IMG/VR virus record: IMGVR_UViG_3300012943_000028
Location: 96,001 to 160,000 of that record
Origin: a virus
Lineage: Duplodnaviria; Heunggongvirae; Uroviricota; Caudoviricetes
Strand: one strand, 5' to 3'
Length of the DNA stretch: 64,000 nucleotides
The translations under genes were made by a program, and so were the position numbers. The notes beneath the pieces were generated by a model. The model saw only the letters and a program-made list of their open reading frames with translations. It had not been told where the DNA came from and did no database searches. Below are positions 33,479 through 45,300 of this stretch, in pieces; position 1 is the stretch's first letter, and every line of letters starts with the position of its first letter.

Positions 33479-36400
33479 ATGGCCCAAAACATCGACTTCA
33501 ATAAGCTGATTCCAGGTACTCTCAAGAATGAGATGCTTGACAGTCTCGTCAAGAACCTGTTCAATCGCTTCGTTTCACAGGAAGACAGCGTTCTCGTCTC
33601 AGGACGAATCGGTACGCCAGTTGCTGGTGACAACGACATCCAGCAGCCAAACCTTGAACGCCAGGAAAATGAGCTTGTCCCAGGCCTGACGTTCTCAGCC
33701 GGCAAAGAGAAGTTCGTGTTCACGTTTGAAGACTTCATCAACAAGATGGAGGTCCTTGACGTCGACATCTCCAGCCTGCGTGAGTGGATGGCAGAGCAGA
33801 CATTCAACTACTCGCCGCCAATCAACTACGACAAGTTCATCAACTACGCCAACTACTACTGGACCGGGCAGGCGATCGACGATGTTCCACCAAGCTGGAA
33901 CCAGGACAACTCTCCAGAGTACTACGTCATTGGGCGCCCACTTCCAAATGACCTTGAAAAGATGCCAGTGCGCCTCGCAACGACGCGCAACATCAACCTC
34001 GAGATCAACGATCGTCCAACTGAAACGCTGACGATCACCTTCACGTCGACGACGAACTTCACGATCTCGAGCGATATCGACGCTAACGTCTATACGAGCG
34101 TCAACACGATTCCAATCACGCCAGGCGCGCAGACGCTGGTCGTTGTCAAGACCCAGGATACCGGCGTTGCACCATCACTCGACGCACCGGGTAACCCAGA
34201 CTACGATCTCTGCCAGCTCTACATCGTCAACGGCACAACGCCGTTCGCAGCTGGTGACACTATCACGGTACAGATCACGTACTTCACGAGCGACATCTTC
34301 ATCTCAGTGGATTCACCAAGCCTGATCGGCAAGGGCACAGCAAACGGTGTCGCAACGCTTTCACCGTTCATGTACATCGACGGTGTTCAGGTGGAGATTG
34401 GAGATCGCATCCTAGTAAAGAACCAGGCAGATGCTGTTGAAAACGGTATCTACACGGTACTTCGTGGCACCCAGTGGATTCGCACGTTCGACGCAATGTA
34501 CGACACCAACCTCGCCGTCGGCACCAAGGTGTACGTCACCAATGGAACACAGGCTGGCTACACGTATGAGCTCACGACCAAGGTTCCATTCGGCCCTCAG
34601 GATGGCGTAACGCTGTCAAGCTTCCTTTCATTCACGCTGCTCTCAACGACGCTCCCAAGCCCAGTCAACGACTGGCAGCTGTACAACTACTGGGTCCACA
34701 AGGACGACATCTACCAGTACGCTGACCTTGGTGTAACGCTGAGCAACGTCTCGCAGGCAAACCGCCCGATCATCGAGTACAACAACCGCCTGCACATGAA
34801 CTTCGCCATCGACGGTGAAGGAAACCCAACTGATGCAGTGTCAACGAACGTCACAACGTCGATCGCCTGCAACCAGCCAAAGACGCGCTTCAACCAGATT
34901 CCACAGTTCGACCTCTATCGCTACGATGGTACCCACGCTGGCACGACCAGCGGTATCTGGTACTACGTTGAAGATCCAAACTTTGAGACCGACTCGGTCC
35001 TCCGCCGTCGTGTGGCAACCACTATCAACAGCGACTACGTGTTTGGCTGCGCTGCAACCGACGATCTCGGTCGCCTGTACTACTACAAGGTTGACGGAGT
35101 TCTGCAGTCCATCTGGGCACCAGGCGTAACTGGCCCATCAACCTCTACACCGCTGTTCTCAGGCGTAAGCGACGACAGTGCAGGCGCTGTTACGTTCGGC
35201 CCACTCAGCACGACCACCGACAACCAGCAGTGGACGATCATCTTCACCAGCGCCACAACCGCTGATGTTCATGGTACCCGCTCAGGCGATGTTGGCACGC
35301 TTACCGTTGGAACCCCATTCGTCGTTGATGACTTCACCGTCACCATCGCTGCAGGCATCACGCCATACTCAGCAGGTGATAGGTTTACGTTCAACACCTA
35401 CAACAAGCTGGCGCCACGCTACATCAAGGAAAATCCTGATGGCAGCATCGTCAACTACCCAGGCGGCTACGCCGCCGACCAGGCTCTTGTCGAGCCAGTT
35501 GGTGCATGGCTTACGCCAGCCCGCATGTTCCAGAACATGTACCGTCAGACGCGTGAAGAGATCAACTTTGGTGACTTCATCACTCACGGCCGTTCAGTGC
35601 TTAAGTGGCAGGATGGTTTCACTGGCTCTTCGTTCGGCAACAACAACTCTCGCACGCTCGACTTCAACAAGGGCCTAGGCGGTCAGATTCACGAGTTCGG
35701 CAGCAACTTCCCGCTGCTTGCCTCTATGCTCATTGAGCAGGACATCTCACCTCTCACGATCCTTACGTTCGCCGAGCAGCAGTACAACGTCGCTCTCTCG
35801 AGCATCGATCAGTTCATCATCAACGAGATTCCTGGTTACCTCGCATCTGTTGGACAGATCGAGACGTCAACGATTGACGCATCAGCTGCCGACATCGTTG
35901 CGCTTGAAGAATACTTTGAGCAACTTCGTTCTGCCGATGTAAACCTATCTGCCGTGTTCAGCGATACCACGGCGCTCGTAAGCAACTGGCCAGCAACCCT
36001 TCCTATGATCGGTCTGCTGCCAAAAGTTCTTCCAACGATCCAGCTCGATGATGAGATGAACGTCTATGTCATCGTGCACCATGACGGCCACGTATCAACG
36101 CTCGCCACCTTCGATCAGCAGCTCAACACCAAGCTGACGAAGACGCCGGTGCTGCGCTCAGACGGTTCAACGACGGCTGGCTTCTTCATGGCCACCACGC
36201 CATCATTCCCAACGAACACGCCATATGCTCGTCAGCTGTGGTTCAAGACCACTGATGGTTCGCTTGCCGTGTTCGACGTCACCTTCGACACTGAGGATAC
36301 ACCAACTAGTGCTCTCAATGGTCAGTACTGGTACAAGCGTTCAACAAACGTTCTCTACCAGTGGGACGATTCACTCAACGTTTGGGTGATCTCAGTAGAC

Positions 36401-39400
36401 CCGCCAGCCTCACGCTGGATTGCCTTCAGCCCAGAGAACGTTCGCAACAGCCTCGTGCTGAACATTGAGAAGAAGCTCTACGACAGCGTTCACCCTGCCC
36501 AGCAGCAGAACCTTGACATGCTTGCCGACGTTTCAGCTTCACCACAGGCCGACACGTACACTGAGATCGAGCTCGCAATCTTCGCTGCCAAGTACGGCTA
36601 CGACATCTACGGTCCAGACTATGACGCCGCAAACGCGTTCACCTGGAACTATTCACAGGCCACCATCCCTGGCTTTGTGACCGTTCCTGCCCGCTGGTCT
36701 GAGATTCTAAAGGAGTACTTCGGCGCGCAGGCAAACACGTTGTCAACCGACCGCCCTGACGTCTACCCATGGATGCTTGGCACCACGTTGTTCCCAGCAT
36801 CAGTCAACAAGCCAGTTGGTTGGGACTCGCTCTATAAGAACAACATTGTCGCTACCTCAAATACTGCTGGCGCTGTGGTCGTTGCTACGACTCCTGTTGG
36901 CCTGCTCATGGGCCTGCAGACTATCGACGGTTACACGCTTCAGAACGGTGACCGTGTTCTTCTCATCGCACAAGGTGCGGCTCAGTTCAACGGCCTGTAC
37001 ACCGCATCAGCTGGTGGCTGGTCAAGAACTGCTGACACGCTTGTCACCGGTTTGACCGTCAACGTATCTGGCGGCGATCAGTTTGCTGGCACTACGTGGG
37101 TCATCACGACCGCTGGCGCCATCATCGTCAACACAACGCCAATTACGTTTGAGCAGTCGCGCGTCTGGTCTGACCAGATGTGGACTGACATCAAGGCCTA
37201 CAATCCAGGCGTGAAGATGAGCGTCAACACCACGACCGACGTTCTGCTGCCACCATATGTTTCTCCATCTTCGTTCTTCGCCGCTGAGGCGATGACGAAC
37301 ACGATCCCACCTGGTGCAAATCTTGGCTACCAGTTTGGCGACTTGGGTCCAGTTGAGCTCGTGTGGTCGAAGTCTCTCGAGTACTACTACGGCATCGCGC
37401 GTACGTACTTCAAGCTCTTCCCGCTGAAGTTCCTTGACTCAAGCTGGGGTGAGACGTACGTTTCAACTGGCACGAACCTCCGCAATGAGCGCAACCTCGT
37501 AACGTCGCTGCCTGCTCAGAAGTTCCTGATGCATGGAGAGCGCCTCAACCTCATCAACACCTACACTCCAGATGAGGCCAAGAAGCGCATCAAGGGTGCG
37601 CCAGGCTCTATCGTCTGGGGACCAGACTTTGGTAGCGTTGTATCGTTTAAGGTAACTCACACGGCATCCACTGGCCAAGTCGGTGATCTCGGTGCCATGG
37701 GTCCATCAGCAACCGTGTTTGATGTCACGGTTGATGGCAACCACATCGCTTACGTATTTGAGGGTGTTCCATTCACCTTCGCATACGGCAGTGGTGATGA
37801 AACAGTCACCTTCACCAACATCATCGTTGAGGACTTTGGTATCCCATTTGAGATGGGTGATACCATCAACATCGACTTCACACCTGATACGGTCACAACT
37901 GAAATTCCAGATGTTGGCACTGACTTCGTGTATGGCATCCTTGGTTGTGAGGGCTGCGTTGCTGACGCAACCCCAGACCCAACTGCAATCGTTACGGACA
38001 TCCAGCACCAGCCGACCTTTGAGTTCATCGCTGGTCAGGTGAAGGTGTTCAAGGGCGTTGGTCAGTGGTTCACAAACCTGCTACGCTACTCATACATCGA
38101 CACTGGTGTTTCAACAGCAGCCCTTGCATACCGTGGTTGGAACATCAACCTTGTTCACCGCCTCGGTGCTCTAATTCGTCCAGACTCTCTGGTCATCAAC
38201 ACGGCATCTGGTGAGGTTCCATCTACTGGGTTTGAGATGCTTCTCAAGCGCTCAGAGAAGACTGAGAGCATGTGGATTTCTGGTCTGCGAGTGCAGCTCG
38301 TACAGATGGGAACGAAGGTTCTCAACCCAACCGGCCTGTACGTACCAAAGACGGATGCTGCAGACTGGATTTTCCGTATCGAGGTCTACAACCCATACCA
38401 CCCACTGATCGAGTATAACGTGCTCGACAACTCAGGTCCATTCACAACCTTCTATGCGCTCAATAAGAACAGCACAGAAAGGGTGTGGAAGCGCTACACA
38501 ACTTCGACAGGCACGACCACCTCGACGATGCCAATGCAGGTGACGGGTCTGCAGAACACGCTTGACATCATCTATGGCTATGTGGACCAGCTCGAAGAGC
38601 AGGGCTTCAAGATCAACGCTGCACGTTCAGCGGTCATCGATCAGGACACTGGTCGCAACATTGACTGGCAGCTCGAGGTTGAGAAGTTCATCGACACCAT
38701 CTACCAGGGTGTGAACGCTGGTACTGGCATCATCCTCAACCCATTCATGGACAAGCTGTTCCTTGACACTCCAAATGGTCTGATGAGCCGCTACACTGAC
38801 TCGAAGTTCCTTGATCCAGTTTCCACGCAGGCATGCTACGACGTCATCGGCGCCGTGATCCCAGTCAGCAAGCTCAGCGTCATCCGTACCGATCCAAACA
38901 CGATCACGCACTCAACAACGCCGATCTTCTCAGCTCACGTCTTCATCGACGAGTATGAGCACGCAATTCTTTTCAACAGCAACTTCTCGAACGATCCAAC
39001 GTCATCAACGATCTTCGATCAGTTCCTTGGTTCATACCTCAACACCGCATATCTGTCATTCAACCGCCAGAACCGTGTTGATGGCAAGCCAACGTTTGAC
39101 GGCTTCTTCCTGAACGATAACGACATCATCAGAAACCCAGCATCGTCAGTTGACGCTCTCGCCAGGGTCTACGATGCAGGCCAGACTTTCAATGAGCCGA
39201 AGATGGCTCAGCACGCACTGGCTCTCATTGGCTACAAGAACAAGGCATACTTCGACAGCATCGGCATCAGCGATCAGACGCAGCTTGACTTCTGGCGTGG
39301 TATGATTGGTGCTAAGGGCACGAACCTTACGGTCGATGCCTTCACCAACTACAAGTCATTCCTCGACTCTTCTGTCGATGAGTTCTGGGCGTACAAGCTT

Positions 39401-42340
39401 GCCACTTACGGTGATGCACGTGAGCGCACCTTCCCTGAGGTGAAGATCGCTCCTAATGACTGCACACGTCAGTTCACTGGCATTCAGTTCTACTCCTCAA
39501 ACGACCTGTCATACTCGGCACTGCCGCTCTACGTTCAAGTCGAGGCGTACGACGATACCCGTTGGTTTACCATCGACGACCTCGGTACGGTGCTGCGCTT
39601 CGACGCACGCCCAGTCTCTGAGCTTGTAACGGTTGCCACAGGCCCATTCCCTCAGTACATCCCACTTGCCAACACGTACCACACGGGTGATGCGTTCAAC
39701 CCAAGTGTAACGCCAGGTGGTGCATCGCTTGTTGCTGCAAATATCCTCAAGGTCACAGCCGTTGGTACGTACACGGTTTCAGGCTACACTTGGATCAACC
39801 CAACCAAGCTGTCGCCAATCAAGCTGTTCGACTATTCAACTGAGAACCTCGTAACGCAGATCAGCCTGTGGCACCCAGCCATCGGCATCCATGAACCGCT
39901 CGCCCTTGAGCTCGTCAACATGCAGACGCCTGTTGATCCAGCCCACTACAGCTACACCACGCTGACAACTGACAACCCTAACTACATGACGCTCAAGCCA
40001 TGGAATGAGCAGGAAGTTGGGCGTGTCTGGTGGGACACGAGCACGCTCGCCTACATCCCGTACCACGATGCGTTCATGTTCACAAACCGTGAAGCACGTC
40101 AGTCACGTTGGGGTTCACTCACAGAATACGCTAGCGTTGATCTCTACCAGTGGACCGAGTCTGACTACCACCCATCAGAGTACAACGAGCAGGCTGCCGC
40201 CCAAGAGGGCGACTCAAGCATCGACCAGTCCATCCGCCTGTCGGGTGAGGTTGGCTTCACGAACTACTACCAGGCAAACCGCAGCGTTACCATCAAGCCA
40301 ATCGCTTGGTCGCAGACGAGCAGCTCAAACGGTCTCGCACATCCAGCCTTTGGTCCAGCAACGTTTGTCAAGGTGTTCAACTCGAACGACCGCCTGATCG
40401 TCGATACTGGCCGCCTTGCCGACATAAACATCGTCGCTGGCTACAACTTCGGTGGTTGGGACATCATCAACAGCAAGCCAGTCGGTGAGGTCGTCATCGG
40501 TGGCGATCTGTTCTACGACATCGGTTCGTCAACAACTCCAGGCGCTCCTTCACTGGTTCCAGGTTCAAACCTTACAACCATGTCAGTTGAGGCGATTGAA
40601 GTTGACGGTGCCCTTGGCAACCGTATCGGCGCCATCACGCTGAGCGACGCATCTGACACCGTGACTGGACAGGGATACCTCAGAATGTCCGATCAGCTCG
40701 GCTTCTTTGAGGACGTTCCAGTTAGCGACTGGGAAAGCCCAGCGCTTGAACGCGTCTTCTCGTTTGAGAAGTTCGGCCTCAACGTCAGAATCACCCGCAA
40801 CGCTGGTGGTCTGATCACCGCAAACGTTGTCATCGCCGACATGATCGACTCTGACAATGACATCTTCGTTCGTGAAGCCGTCAACTACACTAAGATCGTT
40901 GACCTTCCAGACGTCGCCTTCAGCAACGACACCGCCGATCTTCTCGACTACGGTTGGAAGGTGTGGCAGGTTCCTGCTCAGGCAGACCTCAGCGCCGACC
41001 TCGCCTTCCCAAACAACAAGTGGCAGCCATACATTGGCGAGCCTACTGTCATCTCGATCACGACCGACGTTGCTAAGGAGATGGCAAAGGCTACCAACAC
41101 GTGGACGCTTGCAAACGGAATCTCAGTCACCCGCTACACTTCAGAGTGGAGCGAGTGGATCAAGCTCGTCAACACCGTGCAGACGCAGGTTTCAGACGGT
41201 ACCACGGCCGCCCAGTTCACGTTCACCGCTGAGGATGAGCTCGATGCAAACCGCCTGTCAATCTACGCTAACGGCATCCAGCTGGCTCCAGCCACGGTAG
41301 TGATCTCCGGGAACGTTGCTCAGGTCGTAAATACCCAGCCAGAGGGAACGTTGATCTATGCGCTGTATCGCCCATACCAGCCGACAGCGGCCGATCTCGC
41401 CTTTGACCCAGCGGTTGAAGATGATTTCCAGGTGCAGAGCTGGTACAAGGTGGACTATCAGTACACCGAGCGCACGGTCCGCAACTCAAACGGCAACATC
41501 GCTGGCAAGAAGTACTACTTCTGGGTAAAGAACAAGACCGTTCCGGAGACAAGCAAGTCAATGTCGCTCGAGCAGGCAGCCAACCTCCTAAGGTACGGCT
41601 CTTCAACGTACATGATCTTCTCGAGGCTCGTGTCTGACACGGCAGCCGAAGGTGGTGCTGCGTATGACTCATGCGCAATCTCTGGCCTCAGCCGCCTGGT
41701 CACCAAGACCGACGCCCTTAAGCTGCGCTTCCTCCGTGACTTCACTCTTCGTGATGATCCTGAAGAGCTTAAGCTGAAGAACGTTCACACTGAGTGGAAG
41801 CTGATTCGCCAGCACATGTCCGACAAGATTCCTGCCCAGCTGTGGGCATCGCTGACCAACGCCATCTGCGGTGAGGACGTTGCAGGCAACCCACTGCCTT
41901 CACAAACCCGTGTCAACTACGATGAGAAGTACGGCACGAACACTCGCTTCGGCTTCGAGTCGGACCAAATCTTCGTTGACAGTGCGCTTGCGCTTGATTC
42001 GATCGTCAACACGATCCTCAACACGTCGCTCGTCATCAACATCGGCCCAGTGACCATCATTGACTACATCACTGCCCTCAACATCTCCTCAAGCACAACT
42101 GAGGATCAGCTGAAGGATTCGTGGTTCTCATCATCTGCTCAATCGCGCGCTACGATGAACCTGATCTACTCAACGGCACGTGCCTCACAGATCAACGAGC
42201 TCTTCTTCAGCGTTCTCAATGATGCGCTTGCAAACAACTACGAGTTCACCGATCTCTTCAAGACCTCATTGATCACCGTCAACTCAACCACTATCGTTGA
42301 GGCTCAGACGACGGCTGAACAGGCCGACGAGTTCTACTAA
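33479..42340 (+). CDS. giant baseplate/virion structural protein (2953 aa, gp7-like position)
   Basis: Follows gp6. N-terminal PPINYDKFINYANYYW, beta-rich composition and two IDG...GDRxL..Q...NGxY modules. Confidence 0.75.
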   Translation: MAQNIDFNKLIPGTLKNEMLDSLVKNLFNRFVSQEDSVLVSGRIGTPVAGDNDIQQPNLERQENELVPGLTFSAGKEKFVFTFEDFINKMEVLDVDISSLREWMAEQTFNYSPPINYDKFINYANYYWTGQAIDDVPPSWNQDNSPEYYVIGRPLPNDLEKMPVRLATTRNINLEINDRPTETLTITFTSTTNFTISSDIDANVYTSVNTIPITPGAQTLVVVKTQDTGVAPSLDAPGNPDYDLCQLYIVNGTTPFAAGDTITVQITYFTSDIFISVDSPSLIGKGTANGVATLSPFMYIDGVQVEIGDRILVKNQADAVENGIYTVLRGTQWIRTFDAMYDTNLAVGTKVYVTNGTQAGYTYELTTKVPFGPQDGVTLSSFLSFTLLSTTLPSPVNDWQLYNYWVHKDDIYQYADLGVTLSNVSQANRPIIEYNNRLHMNFAIDGEGNPTDAVSTNVTTSIACNQPKTRFNQIPQFDLYRYDGTHAGTTSGIWYYVEDPNFETDSVLRRRVATTINSDYVFGCAATDDLGRLYYYKVDGVLQSIWAPGVTGPSTSTPLFSGVSDDSAGAVTFGPLSTTTDNQQWTIIFTSATTADVHGTRSGDVGTLTVGTPFVVDDFTVTIAAGITPYSAGDRFTFNTYNKLAPRYIKENPDGSIVNYPGGYAADQALVEPVGAWLTPARMFQNMYRQTREEINFGDFITHGRSVLKWQDGFTGSSFGNNNSRTLDFNKGLGGQIHEFGSNFPLLASMLIEQDISPLTILTFAEQQYNVALSSIDQFIINEIPGYLASVGQIETSTIDASAADIVALEEYFEQLRSADVNLSAVFSDTTALVSNWPATLPMIGLLPKVLPTIQLDDEMNVYVIVHHDGHVSTLATFDQQLNTKLTKTPVLRSDGSTTAGFFMATTPSFPTNTPYARQLWFKTTDGSLAVFDVTFDTEDTPTSALNGQYWYKRSTNVLYQWDDSLNVWVISVDPPASRWIAFSPENVRNSLVLNIEKKLYDSVHPAQQQNLDMLADVSASPQADTYTEIELAIFAAKYGYDIYGPDYDAANAFTWNYSQATIPGFVTVPARWSEILKEYFGAQANTLSTDRPDVYPWMLGTTLFPASVNKPVGWDSLYKNNIVATSNTAGAVVVATTPVGLLMGLQTIDGYTLQNGDRVLLIAQGAAQFNGLYTASAGGWSRTADTLVTGLTVNVSGGDQFAGTTWVITTAGAIIVNTTPITFEQSRVWSDQMWTDIKAYNPGVKMSVNTTTDVLLPPYVSPSSFFAAEAMTNTIPPGANLGYQFGDLGPVELVWSKSLEYYYGIARTYFKLFPLKFLDSSWGETYVSTGTNLRNERNLVTSLPAQKFLMHGERLNLINTYTPDEAKKRIKGAPGSIVWGPDFGSVVSFKVTHTASTGQVGDLGAMGPSATVFDVTVDGNHIAYVFEGVPFTFAYGSGDETVTFTNIIVEDFGIPFEMGDTINIDFTPDTVTTEIPDVGTDFVYGILGCEGCVADATPDPTAIVTDIQHQPTFEFIAGQVKVFKGVGQWFTNLLRYSYIDTGVSTAALAYRGWNINLVHRLGALIRPDSLVINTASGEVPSTGFEMLLKRSEKTESMWISGLRVQLVQMGTKVLNPTGLYVPKTDAADWIFRIEVYNPYHPLIEYNVLDNSGPFTTFYALNKNSTERVWKRYTTSTGTTTSTMPMQVTGLQNTLDIIYGYVDQLEEQGFKINAARSAVIDQDTGRNIDWQLEVEKFIDTIYQGVNAGTGIILNPFMDKLFLDTPNGLMSRYTDSKFLDPVSTQACYDVIGAVIPVSKLSVIRTDPNTITHSTTPIFSAHVFIDEYEHAILFNSNFSNDPTSSTIFDQFLGSYLNTAYLSFNRQNRVDGKPTFDGFFLNDNDIIRNPASSVDALARVYDAGQTFNEPKMAQHALALIGYKNKAYFDSIGISDQTQLDFWRGMIGAKGTNLTVDAFTNYKSFLDSSVDEFWAYKLATYGDARERTFPEVKIAPNDCTRQFTGIQFYSSNDLSYSALPLYVQVEAYDDTRWFTIDDLGTVLRFDARPVSELVTVATGPFPQYIPLANTYHTGDAFNPSVTPGGASLVAANILKVTAVGTYTVSGYTWINPTKLSPIKLFDYSTENLVTQISLWHPAIGIHEPLALELVNMQTPVDPAHYSYTTLTTDNPNYMTLKPWNEQEVGRVWWDTSTLAYIPYHDAFMFTNREARQSRWGSLTEYASVDLYQWTESDYHPSEYNEQAAAQEGDSSIDQSIRLSGEVGFTNYYQANRSVTIKPIAWSQTSSSNGLAHPAFGPATFVKVFNSNDRLIVDTGRLADINIVAGYNFGGWDIINSKPVGEVVIGGDLFYDIGSSTTPGAPSLVPGSNLTTMSVEAIEVDGALGNRIGAITLSDASDTVTGQGYLRMSDQLGFFEDVPVSDWESPALERVFSFEKFGLNVRITRNAGGLITANVVIADMIDSDNDIFVREAVNYTKIVDLPDVAFSNDTADLLDYGWKVWQVPAQADLSADLAFPNNKWQPYIGEPTVISITTDVAKEMAKATNTWTLANGISVTRYTSEWSEWIKLVNTVQTQVSDGTTAAQFTFTAEDELDANRLSIYANGIQLAPATVVISGNVAQVVNTQPEGTLIYALYRPYQPTAADLAFDPAVEDDFQVQSWYKVDYQYTERTVRNSNGNIAGKKYYFWVKNKTVPETSKSMSLEQAANLLRYGSSTYMIFSRLVSDTAAEGGAAYDSCAISGLSRLVTKTDALKLRFLRDFTLRDDPEELKLKNVHTEWKLIRQHMSDKIPAQLWASLTNAICGEDVAGNPLPSQTRVNYDEKYGTNTRFGFESDQIFVDSALALDSIVNTILNTSLVINIGPVTIIDYITALNISSSTTEDQLKDSWFSSSAQSRATMNLIYSTARASQINELFFSVLNDALANNYEFTDLFKTSLITVNSTTIVEAQTTAEQADEFY

Positions 42341-45300
42341 TGGCCACATCTAACAGCATCGCAGCCCAGTCTAGCAGGCACCTACAGAGCCTGGTTGACT
42401 ACGTCCTGGACGTAAAGCCTTATCACACCAAGGTTAGCGTCAGCGGTGCTGTGTCTGAGTCGTACATCTTCTCAGACGCCATCAACGTCAACGTAACAGA
42501 GCTGCACTCAACTCGCGCATACTTGGGAGCCGACCTTCTGCCAGACAGCTTCACGCTGCTTGGTGTTCGTGAGCGTGAGACCTTCAGCTGGTGGCAGGAG
42601 ATCATCTCTGACGGTGTTCGTGTCACATGGCCTATGCCGCTCTTCTCGAACCCAAAGTTTGCATCACAAGCACGCCTTGAGACGTTTGTTGGCGGTGTTG
42701 ATGATCTTCAGGAAATTCCTGGCCTTACAACCGGCGTCTTCAACCAGAAGCGTTGGGACGGTCCAGGCATTACGGACGTTCGCCTCAACGACACCCACCT
42801 TCAGGACACGGTTGACTACACGCTCAGCCATGGTGCCTTCACGTTCGACATCATCGACACCGGTTCCTCGAAGCAGTGGATCAGAAACGACCTCGTCAAC
42901 ATCCCAGCCTTCGGCGGCAACGATGCATCGCTCGTCTACAACAACGTCATCAGCGACGCTGGCACCCTCATCGACGTAAGCGGTGAAACCTTTGAAGAGT
43001 TCAAGGCAGTCTGTACCTTCGGTATCGACAGCGTTGGTTACAACGAGGGCGTTACGCCTGTCGTTCTGACTGTCTATTCATACCTCGATGACTTCACCAC
43101 TCCTCTTGGAACTGTCAACTTTGGTGACACATTCACGCTGATGAGCGGCCCGGACATTCGTATTCAGTTCACGTTCACCTTTGCCCCAATCGAGGGTGAA
43201 GAAACGGCAGAGCTTGGTGATGAATGGATCATCTCACCATTCAATAGAATCACCGCAGGCCCGGCAGCTGGAGAAGAAACATGGTCGCTCATTAAGAGCA
43301 ACCCTATCCGCCTTGTTGGTGCGCCAACATTTACGCCTGGTGCACCACGTACTGACTCTCCAGCAATCGAGATTCACACCCGCTCTATTGAGCTTACTGC
43401 AGCATCTACTTGGACGCTCACATTCAATGGTGGCGGTAATTACACGCTTAACTCATCACTTCCTGGATATCCGCTTGTCATCAGCCTCGTTGATGGCTGC
43501 TCGTACAAGGACAGCAACGTTGCATTCACCATCATTCCTACAACCACTGGATGGAATGTTGGTGACCAGTTTGCGTGGGAAATTGGCGCTGATGAGGCAC
43601 ACTACAAGGTGTTCGGAAGCGTTTCAGGCTGGCAGGCAGATGCAACGGTCGGTGAGTGGTACTGGAACGGTAAGATCGGCTTCAAGATTCCACGCCTCGA
43701 CTACTTCGCCGACGCATCAACATCAACCATCGCCATTTCTGGAGATGGTGATTCGTGGGAAACAATCGTCAGCAACCCTCAAGAGCTGAAGAGCATCATC
43801 TTCAGCAACAACGCGTTCTTTACCACTGGCACTAACTCCGTAGTTGCAGCGTCAGCCGATGCCCTCACGTGGACATCAGACGTACAGTCTATCTTCACAC
43901 CAGGTCCTAACGAACTTCTTATGATCGTTGGCGAGGGTGGCTCTATCGCTGTTACAAGCGATGGTGACACGTGGACTATGGAAGATACTGGCGTCAGCTA
44001 TAATCTGCACTCATCAACCATCATCCCTGACTTCCTCACCGTCGGTCCTGACTTGGTCGACTGCGCTATCGCCGTTGGTGACAACGGCACCATCATTACG
44101 TCGGTTGTCAACCTACTTAACCCAATGGGTTGGGCAACACAGGACAGCGGTGTATCCGCAAACCTGTATGCAATTACCTGGTCGAATGATGCCATCATCG
44201 TCGTTGGCGAGGGTGGAACGGTGATTCGCTCGCTAGACAGAATTACATGGACACCGATCGTAAGCAACACGGCGCAGACGCTGCGTGACATCATCTACGA
44301 TGCTGGTTCAAATGCGTTCATCGCCGTAGGTGACAATGGCACCATCATCCGTTCAATTGACGGCGGTCTAACATGGTCTAACCTCGGCATCTTTACCGAC
44401 GGTGACTTCAGCGCTATCGCCTTCGGTGGCGGTGAGTTCATTGCCGTCGGCCCGGCTGGCTACATCGGACAGTCACCAGACGGTATCGCATGGACCCGCT
44501 ACTCAGGCCGTCCATTCAACGACGTTGCGTATGGTAATGGTACGTTTGTTGCTGTTGGTGGAACGTTGAACCTTTCCGTTCCATTCACGCCAGCAAACAT
44601 CAACACGCTCACCACGAACGTGAACGCAAAGCCAAGCGTGATGATCGAACCATCGGTCTACACGATCACCTTCACGAAGCAGTCTGACACGGCCAACTCA
44701 ATTCCTGGCGAGGCCAAGGTGTTCAACAACATCTACGGCTACGGCCCAAACCTCAAGACTGGCCAGGTGTGGAGCGATGGTTACTCGGCATTCCAGATCG
44801 ACACTATCCTCGGTGAGCTTGAGTTCGGACCTGGCGACATCGTCAATGTCTACATCGCACCAGACTTCATCGTAACTGCTGACATCGGCTACGACACGTT
44901 CCCGTACGACTCATCTGGCTACGACGCAAACAACGTGAACATTGAGGTTCCTTGGCTGTACAACAGCGAGCTGTACCCTCTCTACCACGCCCATGGCGCA
45001 GTGATCGTTCCAACGGCGGCAACTGACGATGACATCATCATCGACAAGGCGTTCCTTGATCGTGTGAAGTTCAGGGTTGTTGGTGCAACGGCCAATTTCC
45101 CAGAGCTCGGGGCAGTTGACGACTGGATTCCGCTATTCTTCAAGTACTCTGACAATGTCGACAGCAACCTCAACTCAACTTCAACGGCCGAGTTCTCAGA
45201 CCTAGGCATGTTCGTTGAGGCGTTCTCTGCTGCCAGCGGTCAGCGCGTGTTCTACATTCTGTCACCACGCTTCAACAAGACGAACCGTGCATCAGCTTCG

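Noticed and set aside
33479-42340. Intein, intron or diversity-generating retroelement target in the giant ORF
   Set aside because: No C...HN splice motifs, homing endonuclease motifs, reverse transcriptase or near-identical repeat pair were seen.
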